40,455 nucleotides of DNA from Rubrobacteraceae bacterium (GTDB lineage Bacteria; Actinomycetota; Rubrobacteria; Rubrobacterales; Rubrobacteraceae), in assembly GCA_051003015.1 (NCBI GenBank), contig JBPCLT010000025.1:1-40455 (forward strand), written 5' to 3'. The notes beneath the pieces were generated by a model. It was given only the letters and a program-made list of their open reading frames with translations. It was not told the DNA's origin and did no database searches. Numbering within the stretch: the stretch's first letter is position 1; every line of letters starts with the position of its first letter. The position numbers and the translations under genes are program-made. Shown one piece after another: positions 25,384 to 35,212 of this stretch.

Positions 25384-26124
25384 TCAGGCGTCGAGATCCC
25401 GCTGCCGGATAGGCCGGAGCCTGGGAACGAAGCGGGGCACGAGACGACAGTAGCGGCGATACGGGGCTCCGAATCGCCGGCGCAACTCACGCTCTTCGAG
25501 AGGGAGCTGGAGGGCGAGTTGGAGGAGGTAGAGGGCGGCGAGCAAAATGAGGAACCAGTTGCCGCACAGGAGCGCGGTACCCAGGATCAGGAGGAAGTCC
25601 GTGACGTAGAGGGGATTGCGCACGTACCGATATGGACCCTCCACCACCAGCCTTTGCGGAACCCGGTTCTCCTCCGCCCCGGCCCCAGGCGGAAAGAGCG
25701 CCCCGGCGAAGAGCAGCCGCGCCCAGCCCATCTTGAGGCAAGCCCACGCCCCGACCGAGACCGAGATGACGAGGAGGACGCCACCGATAGCCTGCAACGC
25801 GGGCACGCCGTCCCATCTCCAGTCCAGCCACCACGGGGCGAGCAGGAGAAGGGCGAGCGTCGTGCCGCCCCACATCCCGGCCACTTCTACCAGATACCAC
25901 GCGCGCAGTCCCCGCCTCCGGAGCCAGGCCCGCCAGAACGAGAGCATCGGATAAGTCAGGATGTCTATGACGACCATGCCGCCATAGAAACCGGCGACGA
26001 AGAGTGGCAACAACACCCACCGGCCCAGCAAAGCATCCCCCACCCCGCACACGGCGAACGCCGCGGCCCACGCCGCCGCCGGCGCAACGTGCCGCTCCCC
26101 ACGAACCCCGACCTGCACGTCCAT
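25384..26124 (-). CDS. Membrane methyltransferase of the isoprenylcysteine carboxyl / phospholipid methyltransferase (ICMT/PEMT) family
   Basis: Polytopic membrane protein ending with LVVEGPYRYVRNPLYVTDFLLILGTAL...EERELRRRFGAPYRRYCRLVPRFVP, the family signature. Confidence 0.8.
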   Translation of the reverse strand: MDVQVGVRGERHVAPAAAWAAAFAVCGVGDALLGRWVLLPLFVAGFYGGMVVIDILTYPMLSFWRAWLRRRGLRAWYLVEVAGMWGGTTLALLLLAPWWLDWRWDGVPALQAIGGVLLVISVSVGAWACLKMGWARLLFAGALFPPGAGAEENRVPQRLVVEGPYRYVRNPLYVTDFLLILGTALLCGNWFLILLAALYLLQLALQLPLEERELRRRFGAPYRRYCRLVPRFVPRLRPIRQRDLDA

Positions 26125-26144
26125 ACCAGAGATTCTATCGATAC

Positions 26145-26984
26145 CTACGAGACCGTGCGCGCCGGGGCCGGAAGATCAAGGATCGAGCGGGCGGCGTCCC
26201 TGGCGAGGTTCAGGGCGCGGTACAGGGCGGGCGCGCCAGGCGCAAGGACCCGGACCACGCACAGGCCCGGAGCTGGGGCGCTGGCCGAGGCGAAGACGCC
26301 GGGCACGTCGGCGAGATGGCGGTGCAGGCCATCGGCGAGAGTTCCGAGGTTTCGGGGGGCGAGGACGTAGGCCGCCGCCGTGTATGAGTACCTGCCGAAC
26401 GGCTCGGAACCGCCGGGGAGATCTAAGCCGTCTATCGCTTCCGGGATGCTGTTCCGATGTACCTCCGTCCGGGCGCGGAGACGGGTGAATACGAACCTCT
26501 CGCCGCGAGCCACGCGCCCTGCGGCGAAGGCGTCCCAGGCGATGAGGGCGGCGTCAGGGGCGAGATGGAAGCGGGCCGTCTGGCGATAGTCGGAGTTTGG
26601 GTAGGGGATCAAGTGGTGCGGCAGGTACTCCAGGAAGGCCCCACTCTCGACCCGGAAGACGGCGTGCTGCGAGGAAGCCGTGCCCCGGTACGCCTTGTTC
26701 GCCGCCTGGGTGATGATGGTGGCAGAGGCGCCTCGGTTGAGGACGATCTTCATCTCCAGATGGTCACCGCCGAGGATGCCGCCTGAGGGGTTGGTGACCT
26801 GGACCTCCGGCATCCCGGAGCCATCCGGGTAATTGGCCCGCACCGCCCCGAAAGGCGCCGAGGCGAACCGTTCTCCGAGTACCGTTCGCCCGGCACGCTT
26901 CTCGAAGGAGAGCCGGAGCCTGCCGCGTTGACCCGTCTCGCCGCGTCCGCGAAGGTCCCCGACGATGGACGCGCCGCGCTTCAT
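26145..26984 (-). CDS. ureD: Urease accessory protein UreD
   Basis: RLRLSFEKRAGRTVLGERFASAPFGAVRANYPDGSGMPEVQVTNPSGGILGGDHLEMKIVLNRGASATIITQAANKAYRG is a typical UreD/UreH N-terminal half. Confidence 0.88.
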   Translation of the reverse strand: MKRGASIVGDLRGRGETGQRGRLRLSFEKRAGRTVLGERFASAPFGAVRANYPDGSGMPEVQVTNPSGGILGGDHLEMKIVLNRGASATIITQAANKAYRGTASSQHAVFRVESGAFLEYLPHHLIPYPNSDYRQTARFHLAPDAALIAWDAFAAGRVARGERFVFTRLRARTEVHRNSIPEAIDGLDLPGGSEPFGRYSYTAAAYVLAPRNLGTLADGLHRHLADVPGVFASASAPAPGLCVVRVLAPGAPALYRALNLARDAARSILDLPAPARTVS

Positions 26985-27053
26985 CGTCCTCGGACCTCGA
27001 CCTGCTGGCGCCCGTCTACCATCGAACCATTGTATAGATCACCCCAACCACGC

Positions 27054-27082
27054 TTGACATCAGAGCAGCATATGTATATAGT
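27054..27082 (+). promoter_or_regulatory. Near-consensus sigma-70 promoter upstream of the PadR gene
   Basis: TTGACA (27054-27059), an exactly 17-nt spacer, then TATAGT (27077-27082), inside an unusually AT-rich divergent intergenic region. The spacer/-10 contains CATATGTATATAG, a possible PadR operator half. Confidence 0.65.
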
Positions 27083-27119
27083 CATTTTCGACTAAACGAT
27101 CTCGATTAAGGAACATAAG

Positions 27120-27761
27120 ATGGCGTCGAAGAGGAAGGTGTCAAACCCGCTGGCGTTGGCGGTGATGGCTCTGCTTTACGAGCGGCCGGTACACCCTTAC
27201 GAGATGGTCTCTTTGATGCGCGAGCGGCACAAACACGAGTCGGTACGACTCAGGTACAGCTCTCTGTACTCGGTGGTGGAGGCGTTGGTGCGGGAGGCTT
27301 TGATCTCCCCCCTGGAGACATTGCGTGAGGGGCGGCGTCCGGAACGGACGGTATACGGGATCACGGATGCCGGACGGATCGAGTTCCTCACCTGGCTGCG
27401 CGAGCTGCTGAGCGTCCCGGTAAAGGAGTACACGCAGTTCGCGGCCGGGCTCTCCTTCATGGCCGCCCTCCCCCCGGAAGAAGTCGCGACCTTGCTCGGA
27501 GAGCGCGTGCATCTACTCGAAGAAGAGGTCGAGGAGATGAGGTCCGGCATGGATGCGGCGCTGGAAGGTGGTCTTCCCCGGCTCTTCCTAATCGAATCCG
27601 AGCACGAGTTGATGCTGCGGGAGGCCGAACTGGGATGGGTGCGCGGGCTCGCGCGGGAGATCGAGGCCGGCGCGTTGGGCGGGTTGGACGCGTGGGAGTC
27701 GTTCCACTCAGGGCCGGATGCTATAGGAGGCAAGACGAGCGTCGAGGGAGGGGACCGATGA
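27120..27761 (+). CDS. PadR-family transcriptional regulator with extended C-terminal domain
   Basis: NPLALAVMALLYERPVHPYEMVSLM...YSSLYSVVEALVREALI...GRRPERTVYGITDAGRIEFLTWL is a PadR winged HTH. About 110 aa of C-terminal helical domain follow. Confidence 0.88.
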   Translation: MASKRKVSNPLALAVMALLYERPVHPYEMVSLMRERHKHESVRLRYSSLYSVVEALVREALISPLETLREGRRPERTVYGITDAGRIEFLTWLRELLSVPVKEYTQFAAGLSFMAALPPEEVATLLGERVHLLEEEVEEMRSGMDAALEGGLPRLFLIESEHELMLREAELGWVRGLAREIEAGALGGLDAWESFHSGPDAIGGKTSVEGGDR

Positions 27762-27938
27762 TCTGACACAAGCGATGACCCCCGGTGGGTGCTGCAACAT
27801 CCGCCGGGGGCCTGTATCCCCGAGTTGTAGATCCCGCGGAGCGGAACCTGTTACCCGAGTCACGCATTCTCAAGGATAGCAGGTCGAGGCTCCCGGGACG
27901 GATAGAGTCACCCAGACTCGGAAAGGAGCCCCGACCCC

Positions 27939-29318
27939 ATGCCCACCCAACAACCGCCCCACGGATACCCCGGAAACCCATCGCCCTTGCGCGTGATCGT
28001 TGTCGGCGCCGGCACGGGCGGCCTGTGCCTAGCCCACGGCCTGAAGAAGGCCGGCATACCCGTCGCCGTCTACGAGCGCGACCGCACCCGCACCGATGGC
28101 CTTCACGGCTACCGGGTCGGCCTCGACCCCGACGGCAGCCGCGCCCTGCACGAGTGCCTGCCCCCGAATCTCTACGACACCTTCTTCGCCACCCGCGCCC
28201 GCACCCCGAGGTACTTCAACATGCTCACCGAGGGGCTCCACGAGGTGCTCTCGCTGGAGGAGCGCCCGAACACCGATCCGGTGAACAGCGAGAAGTCCGT
28301 CAGCAGGATGACGCTTCGACAGGTGCTCTTGACCGGCCTCGAAGACGTCGTCCACTTCGACAAGAACTTCGTCCGCTACGAGTGGAACGACGACGGCACG
28401 GTGAGCGCCTTCTTCGAAGACGGTACCTCCGCCACCGCCGACGTGCTGGTCGCCGCAGACGGCACGAATTCCCGTGTCCGAAAGGAGTACCTCCCGCACG
28501 CCAGGCTGGAGGACTCTGGCCTGATCGGCATCACCGCCAAGGTCGCTCTGACCGGCGAGACCCGGGCCCTGTTGCCGCCAAAGGTCCTGGAGAGCGTCTC
28601 GATGGTCTTCGCGCCCAAGGGGTATTTCTGCATCCTGCACGTCATGGAGTTCAAGTGGGACCGGGACGGTGACCTCAAGGCCGGCATAGGTGGCAACGAC
28701 GCCGAGCTTATCTCCGCATGGCCGGGCCTCCTCTACGACAACACCCGCGACTACATCAACTGGGGCTTCGGCGCCTCCGCCCGAAGGCTGCCCGCCGACG
28801 TCATGGCGAAGAGGGGAGACGAACTCGTCCGGCTGGTGCAGGGCATGACCACGAACTGGCACCCGAACCTCCGCAGGCTTTTCGAGCTGGCCGACCCCTC
28901 CACCTGCTTCCCGCTCAACATCCGCACCTCGGTCCCCGTGGAACCCTGGCCGACGACCAACGTCACCCTGATCGGGGACGCGATCCACACCATGACCCCG
29001 GGGCGCGGCGTGGGCGCCAACACCGCCCTGCGCGACGCCGCGCTGCTGTGCCGCAACCTCGTCGCGGCCCGCGAAGGAGGGGCGACCGTCCTCGAAGCCA
29101 TCCGCGACTACGAGGAGAAGATGCGCGACTACGGCTTCGACGCCGTGATCGAGTCCCGCAAGCAGATGGACGGCGATGGCCTCATTCACAGGCCGGTCGT
29201 CGGACGCGCCGTGCTGGCCGGCATGCGCACCGGGATGCGGGTGATCAACCACCTCCCTCCGGTCAAGAAGCGCATGGCCGACGCCCAGCAGCGCTACCGG
29301 GGGGCGGACAGAGATTGA
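27939..29318 (+). CDS. FAD-dependent monooxygenase (group A flavoprotein aromatic hydroxylase-like)
   Basis: GxGxxG motif VIVVGAGTGGLCLAHGLKKAGIPVAVYER, DG motif ADVLVAADGTNSRVR and GD motif LIGDAIHTMTPGRGVGANTALRDA. Confidence 0.85.
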   Translation: MPTQQPPHGYPGNPSPLRVIVVGAGTGGLCLAHGLKKAGIPVAVYERDRTRTDGLHGYRVGLDPDGSRALHECLPPNLYDTFFATRARTPRYFNMLTEGLHEVLSLEERPNTDPVNSEKSVSRMTLRQVLLTGLEDVVHFDKNFVRYEWNDDGTVSAFFEDGTSATADVLVAADGTNSRVRKEYLPHARLEDSGLIGITAKVALTGETRALLPPKVLESVSMVFAPKGYFCILHVMEFKWDRDGDLKAGIGGNDAELISAWPGLLYDNTRDYINWGFGASARRLPADVMAKRGDELVRLVQGMTTNWHPNLRRLFELADPSTCFPLNIRTSVPVEPWPTTNVTLIGDAIHTMTPGRGVGANTALRDAALLCRNLVAAREGGATVLEAIRDYEEKMRDYGFDAVIESRKQMDGDGLIHRPVVGRAVLAGMRTGMRVINHLPPVKKRMADAQQRYRGADRD

Positions 29319-29391
29319 CCCGAGTCTGTTCATGATCGCCGATTCGACCGCACACGTCCGATCCAAACGCTTCCACAAAGGAGGAACCGAA

Positions 29392-29892
29392 ATGCAGGAG
29401 GAAACCAAGCAGAACCAGATCGAAGAGGCAGCCGTCTGTAACCTCTTCGACAAGCTGCTCGAAGACTGGGGCAGGGGCGACGGTTATGCTTATGGCTCCC
29501 GGTTCACCGAGGATGCCGATTACGTCGCCTTCGACGGCTCGCACACGAAGGGACGAGAGGAGATCTCCTCTTCCCATCAGCAACTCTTCGACAAGTTTCT
29601 CAAGGGCACACGCCTCACGGGCCGCATCCTGAGCGTGAAGTTCCCGAGCCCCGGCGTCGCCCTCATCCACACGACCGGCGACACTGTGATGCGCGGCAAG
29701 ACAGAGCCCTCGCCGGAAAGGCATTCGATCCAGACGCTCGTCGCCGTGAGGCGAGATGGGAAATGGCGCTTCGCCTCGTTCCACAACAGCCGCGTCCGGC
29801 CGATAGCAGGCGGCCCTTCCTTCCTCATCTGGGCGGTTACGGACCTACTCTGGAAGATCCTCGGCCCGAAGAAAGGCGCTGCACATGAGTAG
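29392..29892 (+). CDS. SgcJ/EcaC-family NTF2-like (DUF4440/SnoaL-like) protein
   Basis: LFDKLLEDWGRGDGYAYGSRFTEDADYVAFDGSHTKGREEI...HTTGDT...IQTLVAVRRDGKWRFASFHNSRV fits the family. Start moved to the ATG at 29392 (AAAGGAGG RBS 7 nt upstream). Confidence 0.8.
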   Translation: MQEETKQNQIEEAAVCNLFDKLLEDWGRGDGYAYGSRFTEDADYVAFDGSHTKGREEISSSHQQLFDKFLKGTRLTGRILSVKFPSPGVALIHTTGDTVMRGKTEPSPERHSIQTLVAVRRDGKWRFASFHNSRVRPIAGGPSFLIWAVTDLLWKILGPKKGAAHE

Positions 29893-31114
29893 CGGGGCCA
29901 TATCCGGAGAGTCCCGGCAGAAGGCACTGATCATCGGTGGCGGTGTCGCCGGATCGGTGTCCGCCATGGCTCTGCAGCGCGCCGGTATGGACTCGGTCGT
30001 TTATGAAGCGTACGCGCGCGGCGCGGAAGGCGCCGGCGCCTTCCTCACCTTCGCCAGCAACGGCATGGACGCTCTGCGCGCCATCGATGCCCACCATCTC
30101 GTCCTGGCCGAAGGTTTCCCCACCCCGCACATGGCGTTCCAGAGCGGCACCGGCAAGCACCTCGGCGAGGTTCCCAACGGCGGGACGTTGCCGGACGGCA
30201 CGGTCAGCCAGACCCTCAAGCGGGCCGACCTCTACCGGGCGCTGCGCGACGAGGCGGTCCGGCGCGGGGTCCGCGTCGAGTACGGCAAACGGCTCCTCAA
30301 TGCCGAGACCACGCCCGATGGCGGTGTTGCGGCGCGATTCGAGGACGGAACGGAGGCCGAAGGGGATCTGCTGATCGGGGCCGACGGCATCCAATCTCGC
30401 ACCCGCCGCATCATCGATCCGGCCGCTCCCGGAGCCCGCTACGTCCCCGTGCTCAACATCAGCGGGTACGCCCGGGGCGTGCGCGTCCAGGCTGAACCGG
30501 GCACGTTCCGGATGGTCTTCGGCAAACGCGCGTTCTTCGGCTACGCCGTCCACCCGTCGGGTGAGGTCTGGTGGTTCGCCAACCCTCCCCGCGCCGTCGA
30601 GCCCGACAAGGCAGAACTCGCCGCCACCACCACCGGGCAGTGGAGAGAACTGCTGACGGATCTCTTCGCCAACGACGCCACCCCGGCCGCCGAGATCATC
30701 CGCTCCACCCCCGGAAGGATAGTCGGATGGGCCACCTACGATCTCCCCTCCGTCCCGAACTGGCACAAGGGGCCGATGATCATCATCGGGGACGCGGCGC
30801 ACGCCACCGCGCCCTCCTCCGGGCAGGGCGCGTCCATGGCCATCGAAGACGCCATCGAGCTCGCCAGGTGCCTGCGCGACCTGACGGACACTCAGCAGGC
30901 GTTTGTGGCCTACGAGTGGCTACGCCGCGAGCGGGTGGAACGCATCGTCGCCCACGGTGCGAGAACGAGCAACAGCAAGGCCGCCGGACCCATCGCCCGG
31001 GTGCTGCGCGACCTGATGCTGCCCATGTTCCTCAAGCGTGCCGCCGGCAACGGCGACAAGGCCCTCGCCCGGATGCACGACTACCACATCGTCTGGGACG
31101 AGAAGGTAGCGTAG
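29885..31114 (+). CDS. FAD-dependent monooxygenase (second paralogous-type enzyme)
   Basis: ALIIGGGVAGSVSAMALQRAGMDSVVYEA, GDLLIGADGIQSRTR and IIGDAAHATAPSSGQGASMAIEDA. The start overlaps the upstream stop by 8 nt (ATG 29885-29887, upstream TAG 29890-29892). Confidence 0.85.
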   Translation: MSSGAISGESRQKALIIGGGVAGSVSAMALQRAGMDSVVYEAYARGAEGAGAFLTFASNGMDALRAIDAHHLVLAEGFPTPHMAFQSGTGKHLGEVPNGGTLPDGTVSQTLKRADLYRALRDEAVRRGVRVEYGKRLLNAETTPDGGVAARFEDGTEAEGDLLIGADGIQSRTRRIIDPAAPGARYVPVLNISGYARGVRVQAEPGTFRMVFGKRAFFGYAVHPSGEVWWFANPPRAVEPDKAELAATTTGQWRELLTDLFANDATPAAEIIRSTPGRIVGWATYDLPSVPNWHKGPMIIIGDAAHATAPSSGQGASMAIEDAIELARCLRDLTDTQQAFVAYEWLRRERVERIVAHGARTSNSKAAGPIARVLRDLMLPMFLKRAAGNGDKALARMHDYHIVWDEKVA

Positions 31115-31145
31115 CGTAAGGAACCAGTCGCGCCATCCCACCGCC

Positions 31146-31820
31146 TCAGTGCAGGTGTGAGTGGCCGTGGTGATGTTCGGGCCTCGCGGCAGAAGTGGCG
31201 GGCGTCCAGTCGCGGCGCTCGACCGCCTGGCGCACCCAGCCTACGACGGCTTCCATCCCGTCGCCGTGTAGCACGGAGGCGAAGAGCGTCGGGGCGTCGC
31301 CGCGCAGGTGGTTCGCGTCTCGCTCCATCACGGAGAGGTCGGCGCCGACGAGCGGGGCGAGGTCGGTCTTGTTTACGACGAGCAACTCCGAGCGGGTGAC
31401 GCCGGGACCGCCCTTGCGCGGGACCTTGTCGCCCCCGGCCACGTCTATCACGTAGATGGAGGCGTGGACCAGCTCCGGGGAGAACGAGGCGGCCAGGTTG
31501 TCCCCGCCGCTCTCGACGAAGACGATGTCGAGGTCGGGGAAGTCCCGCTCCACCGTCTCGACGGCCTCCAGGTTCATCGAGACGTCGTCCCTGATGGCGG
31601 TGTGCGGACATCCTCCCGTCTCGACGCCGATGACGCGGCCTTCCGGCAACACGGCGGCCTTCTGGAGGAACTCGGCGTCCTCGCGGGTGAAGATGTCGTT
31701 GGTGACGGCGGCGATGGAGTATCTATCCCCTAGACGGCAGCACAGTTCCGCCACGAGCGCCGTCTTGCCGGAGCCGACCGGCCCTCCAACCCCAAGCCTC
31801 AGAGCGTCCACGTCACTCAC
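31146..31820 (-). CDS. ureG: Urease accessory GTPase UreG with His-rich C-terminal tail
   Basis: [17 protein letters not shown] (P-loop), [45 protein letters not shown]. The tail is [10 protein letters not shown]. Start is the GTG at 31820 or 31811; the track ATG at 31934 gives an Arg/Ser-rich extension overlapping the upstream gene. Confidence 0.88.
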   Translation of the reverse strand: MSDVDALRLGVGGPVGSGKTALVAELCCRLGDRYSIAAVTNDIFTREDAEFLQKAAVLPEGRVIGVETGGCPHTAIRDDVSMNLEAVETVERDFPDLDIVFVESGGDNLAASFSPELVHASIYVIDVAGGDKVPRKGGPGVTRSELLVVNKTDLAPLVGADLSVMERDANHLRGDAPTLFASVLHGDGMEAVVGWVRQAVERRDWTPATSAARPEHHHGHSHLH

Positions 31821-32373
31821 TGCTCCTTCCCCGAACCTGCGCCCAGAGTCCCTGCGAGGGGACGCGGAGGGCGCGGTTGAACTTGCTCGACGAGTTCTCC
31901 CAGGCGATGACCGCCGTGAGCTCGACGAGCGCATCTTCGTCGAAGGAGCGTCGTACTCGTCCGAACAAGTCTTCGTCCACGTCTCTATCAGATATCGTCA
32001 TGGCGTCGGCGTACTCCAGGGCCGTCTTCTCCCATTCGTCGTAGAGAGGACTGTTCGCGTAGTCATCCAGGACGAGGATCTTCTCATCAGAAACTCCAAG
32101 CTCGCTGCTCACGGCAGCGTTTATATCCTGTCAGAATTCGCATCCGTTCAGCGCGGCGACCCTCCTGTTGATGAGCGCAACGAGCGCGGGTTCGAGCAGC
32201 CCGGAGGCTTCGAGTCCGCCCCACATCGCCCTCGCGCCCCGGAAGATGCTCGGTCTCCGGGCGTAGAGCAGATGGTTCAACAGAGGCCCGCCCCATTTCT
32301 TGGCTTGGGCTTCCAGCACCGCCTGTATCCTCTTTTCGGTTTTCTCCGGGTCCACGCCCTCGATGCGCGCCAC
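31813..32373 (-). CDS. Carboxymuconolactone decarboxylase (CMD)/AhpD-like family protein containing an in-frame TGA at 32131-32133 (Sec candidate or nonsense pseudogene)
   Basis: Track ORFs 32131..32373 and 31813..32112 are in the same frame and together form one ~186-aa CMD-family protein. The junction reads ...[37 protein letters not shown]..., and the family normally has Cys at that position (GC-x-x-C). Confidence 0.6.
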
Positions 32374-32406
32374 GTCATCTACCTCCCGATGTCGGCGAAA
32401 ACAGCC

Positions 32407-33084
32407 TCAAGAAATATACAATCTCGTCCGCTGGCGTTCGTGGTACATCGAACGCACGTCTATCTCCGGCGCGAAAGCATGCATTTCCTCGATGCCGACC
32501 GTCTCGCTCTCCGACGCCGCATTCTCCATCTCGCCGTGAAGCTCGAAGAGCGTGCGTTGCGCCGCGCTTCCTCCGAGTGGGATGGTCTTCTGCCCGGCCA
32601 CGACGAGCGACGCCACGCTCGCGTACAGGTAGGCGTGGAGTGCCTCGTCCATCCCGATACCTAGCGCCGGAGCCGCCACGCCATACCCGACGGCCAGGTT
32701 GCCCGGTGTCGATCCGGAATGCGCGCTGTCCGTAAAGGCGGCGAGTGCCTCGTCCTCGATACCGAGCGCCGCGACGCTTATGAGAAAGCGTCTGCCCGTG
32801 GACGCGCTCGCGGCGCGCAGTTCGCGGGTGAGCTTCGTGGCCGAGAGGAGCCGGTCTATGTGGATCAGCGCGTCCACCTCCGCCCCATAAGAAGCCCGGA
32901 GCGCAGCGCAGTCCGAGGTCGCCAGGGTCGAGAGATAAAGCTTCACAATGCGCCCGAGATCCTCCGCATCCTTCAACTCCCCGGCTTCGGCGAACGCTTC
33001 GAGGCCCATCGAGTGGGAGAAGGAGCCTGTCGGGAAGGCGGAGTCGGAGACCTGGAGCAGACGCAGGAGAGCCCGGTCCCGCAT
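32407..33084 (-). CDS. ureF: Urease accessory protein UreF
   Basis: LLRLLQVSDSAFPTGSFSHSMGLEAF... is the canonical UreF N-terminus. Its ATG overlaps the ureC stop (TGATG). Confidence 0.88.
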   Translation of the reverse strand: MRDRALLRLLQVSDSAFPTGSFSHSMGLEAFAEAGELKDAEDLGRIVKLYLSTLATSDCAALRASYGAEVDALIHIDRLLSATKLTRELRAASASTGRRFLISVAALGIEDEALAAFTDSAHSGSTPGNLAVGYGVAAPALGIGMDEALHAYLYASVASLVVAGQKTIPLGGSAAQRTLFELHGEMENAASESETVGIEEMHAFAPEIDVRSMYHERQRTRLYIS

Positions 33085-34793
33085 CAGAACAGGAAGTAGC
33101 GCTGGGCCAGAGGTAGCTCGGCGGCAGGCTCGGAGGTTATAAGCTGTCCGTCCACGCGCACCTCGTAGGTCTCCGGGTCAACCGCGATGTCAGGCAGGAG
33201 ATCGTTCATGACCATGTTTCCCTTGACCAGCGCGCGGGTGTCCCGCACCGGCGCGAGCCGCTTCTTCAAACCGAGGCTCCCGGCGAGACCGCTTTCCAAA
33301 GCGTCGGCGGTGGAGACGAAAGTGAGGGACGTGGCGGCCGGCGCGGAGCCGAAAGCGGCGAACATCGGGCGTCCGAAGACAGGTTCGGGGGTGGGGATGG
33401 AGGCGTTCGGGTCGCCCATCTGGGCATGGGCTATGAGGCCGCCCTTGACCACTATCTCCGGCTTCACGCCGAAGAAGGCCGGGCTCCACAGCACGAGATC
33501 CGCCAGCTTGCCGGTCTCGACGGAGCCGGCGTGTTCGGAGATGCCGTGCGTGATGGCGGGGTTGATCGTCAGCTTTGCAAGGTAGCGTTTGACGCGATGG
33601 TTGTCGCTCCTCCCGGTGTCCTCGGGAAGCGGACCACGCTGGGCCTTCATCTTGCTCGCCGTCTGGAAGGTGCGCATCCAGACCTCGCCGACCCGGCCCA
33701 TCGCCTGGGAGTCGCTGGACATCATGGAGAGCGCCCCGATGTCGTGCAGCACGTCCTCGGCGGCGATGGTCTCCGCCCGAATACGACTCTCAGCGAACGA
33801 AACGTCCTCCGGTACCGTCCGACTCAGGTGATGACAGACCATGAGCATGTCCAGGTGCTCGTCCACGGTGTTCACGGTGTACGGGCGGGTCGGGTTCGTG
33901 CTGCTCGGTAGCACGTTCGGCTCGCCGCAGAGCGCGATGATGTCAGGGGCGTGCCCGCCGCCGGCGCCCTCCGTATGGTACGTGTGGATCGTACGCCCCT
34001 CGAACGCGGCGACCGTATCCTCCAGGAAACCGGCCTCGTTCAGGGTGTCGGTGTGTATCGCCACCTGTACATCCATTTCATCCGCCACGCCGAGACACGT
34101 CCGTATGGCCTGGGGCGTCGTCCCCCAGTCTTCGTGCAACTTCAGGCCGCAGGCCCCGGCGCGCACTTGCTCGGCGAGCGCCTCCGGGTTGGAGGAATTT
34201 CCCTTGCCGAGGAAGCCGAAGTTCAGCGGCAGGCTTTCGACCGCCTGGAGCATGCGGGCGATGTTCCATGCGCCGGGGGTGCAAGTCGTGGCGTTGGTGC
34301 CGGTCGCCGGTCCCGTTCCGCCTCCGATCATGGTGGTGATGCCGGAAGCCAGCGCGTGATCCACCTGCTGCGGCGATATGAAGTGGATGTGGGAATCTAT
34401 CCCGCCGGCCGTGAGGATCTTTCCTTCACCAGCCAGTATCTCGGTCGAAGCCCCGATCTCCACCGTCACCCCGTCCATCGTGTCCGGGTTGCCAGCCTTG
34501 CCGATGGCCGAGATCCTGCCGTCCCGCACCCCGACGTCCGCCTTGAAGATCCCCGAATGGTCGAGAACTAGAGCGTTCGTCACGACGAGGTCCATCACGC
34601 CCTCCGCTCGGGTCGCCGTCCCCTGAGCCATGCCCTCCCGGATGGACTTCCCACCCCCGAAAGTCGCCTCCTCGCCCGCCAGTGTCAGGTCCCGCTCGAC
34701 TTCGACGATTAGCTCCGTGTCCGCCAGCCGCACCCGGTCTCCCGCTCCCGGCCCGAACATCCCACCGTAACGCCGCCGGGAAAGTCCGCTCAT
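33084..34793 (-). CDS. ureC: Urease alpha subunit UreC
   Basis: [20 protein letters not shown]..., [14 protein letters not shown], the carbamylated-Lys region [15 protein letters not shown], and MGRVGEV...[13 protein letters not shown]. Start trimmed to the ATG at 34793 (GAGGAAAG RBS), giving 569 aa. Confidence 0.95.
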   Translation of the reverse strand: MSGLSRRRYGGMFGPGAGDRVRLADTELIVEVERDLTLAGEEATFGGGKSIREGMAQGTATRAEGVMDLVVTNALVLDHSGIFKADVGVRDGRISAIGKAGNPDTMDGVTVEIGASTEILAGEGKILTAGGIDSHIHFISPQQVDHALASGITTMIGGGTGPATGTNATTCTPGAWNIARMLQAVESLPLNFGFLGKGNSSNPEALAEQVRAGACGLKLHEDWGTTPQAIRTCLGVADEMDVQVAIHTDTLNEAGFLEDTVAAFEGRTIHTYHTEGAGGGHAPDIIALCGEPNVLPSSTNPTRPYTVNTVDEHLDMLMVCHHLSRTVPEDVSFAESRIRAETIAAEDVLHDIGALSMMSSDSQAMGRVGEVWMRTFQTASKMKAQRGPLPEDTGRSDNHRVKRYLAKLTINPAITHGISEHAGSVETGKLADLVLWSPAFFGVKPEIVVKGGLIAHAQMGDPNASIPTPEPVFGRPMFAAFGSAPAATSLTFVSTADALESGLAGSLGLKKRLAPVRDTRALVKGNMVMNDLLPDIAVDPETYEVRVDGQLITSEPAAELPLAQRYFLF

Positions 34794-34813
34794 CGCGCTT
34801 TCCTCAAGGGCCG

Positions 34814-35179
34814 TTAATGGCCCTCGTAGTAGTCGTTGCCCCTGGAGAATTCCACGAACACGCACGGCTTGTTGCCGACCGTCCAGGCGTCGTGGCCGGG
34901 GGGCAGCATCATGACGTCCTGCGGCCCGAACACGTCCTCGGAGCCGTCGTCCATGACGACCTTGAGTTGCCCGGACTGGACGAGCGCCACGTGGGGGAGC
35001 TCGCAGCTATGCGTGCCAGCGTAATCTCGCAGATCCTCCGACCACCGGGCCCCAACACCGAAGGTGACTCGGGTGACGCTCACCTCGTCCAGGGTGACGG
35101 TCTCTTTCTGGATCCTGCCATGCACATCCACCTCGGCCCCGCGGTCGAGGTTCTTTCTCTGCATCGTGGGCAACGCCAT
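34814..35179 (-). CDS. Cupin-domain protein inserted between ureB and ureC
   Basis: A 121-aa beta-rich protein with cupin-like segments [23 protein letters not shown] and [22 protein letters not shown]. It lies in the 40-odd-nt-spaced gene chain of the urease operon. Confidence 0.65.
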   Translation of the reverse strand: MALPTMQRKNLDRGAEVDVHGRIQKETVTLDEVSVTRVTFGVGARWSEDLRDYAGTHSCELPHVALVQSGQLKVVMDDGSEDVFGPQDVMMLPPGHDAWTVGNKPCVFVEFSRGNDYYEGH

Positions 35180-35212
35180 CAGCCAACCGCCTCTCTCATA
35201 GTCAGGTCACAC

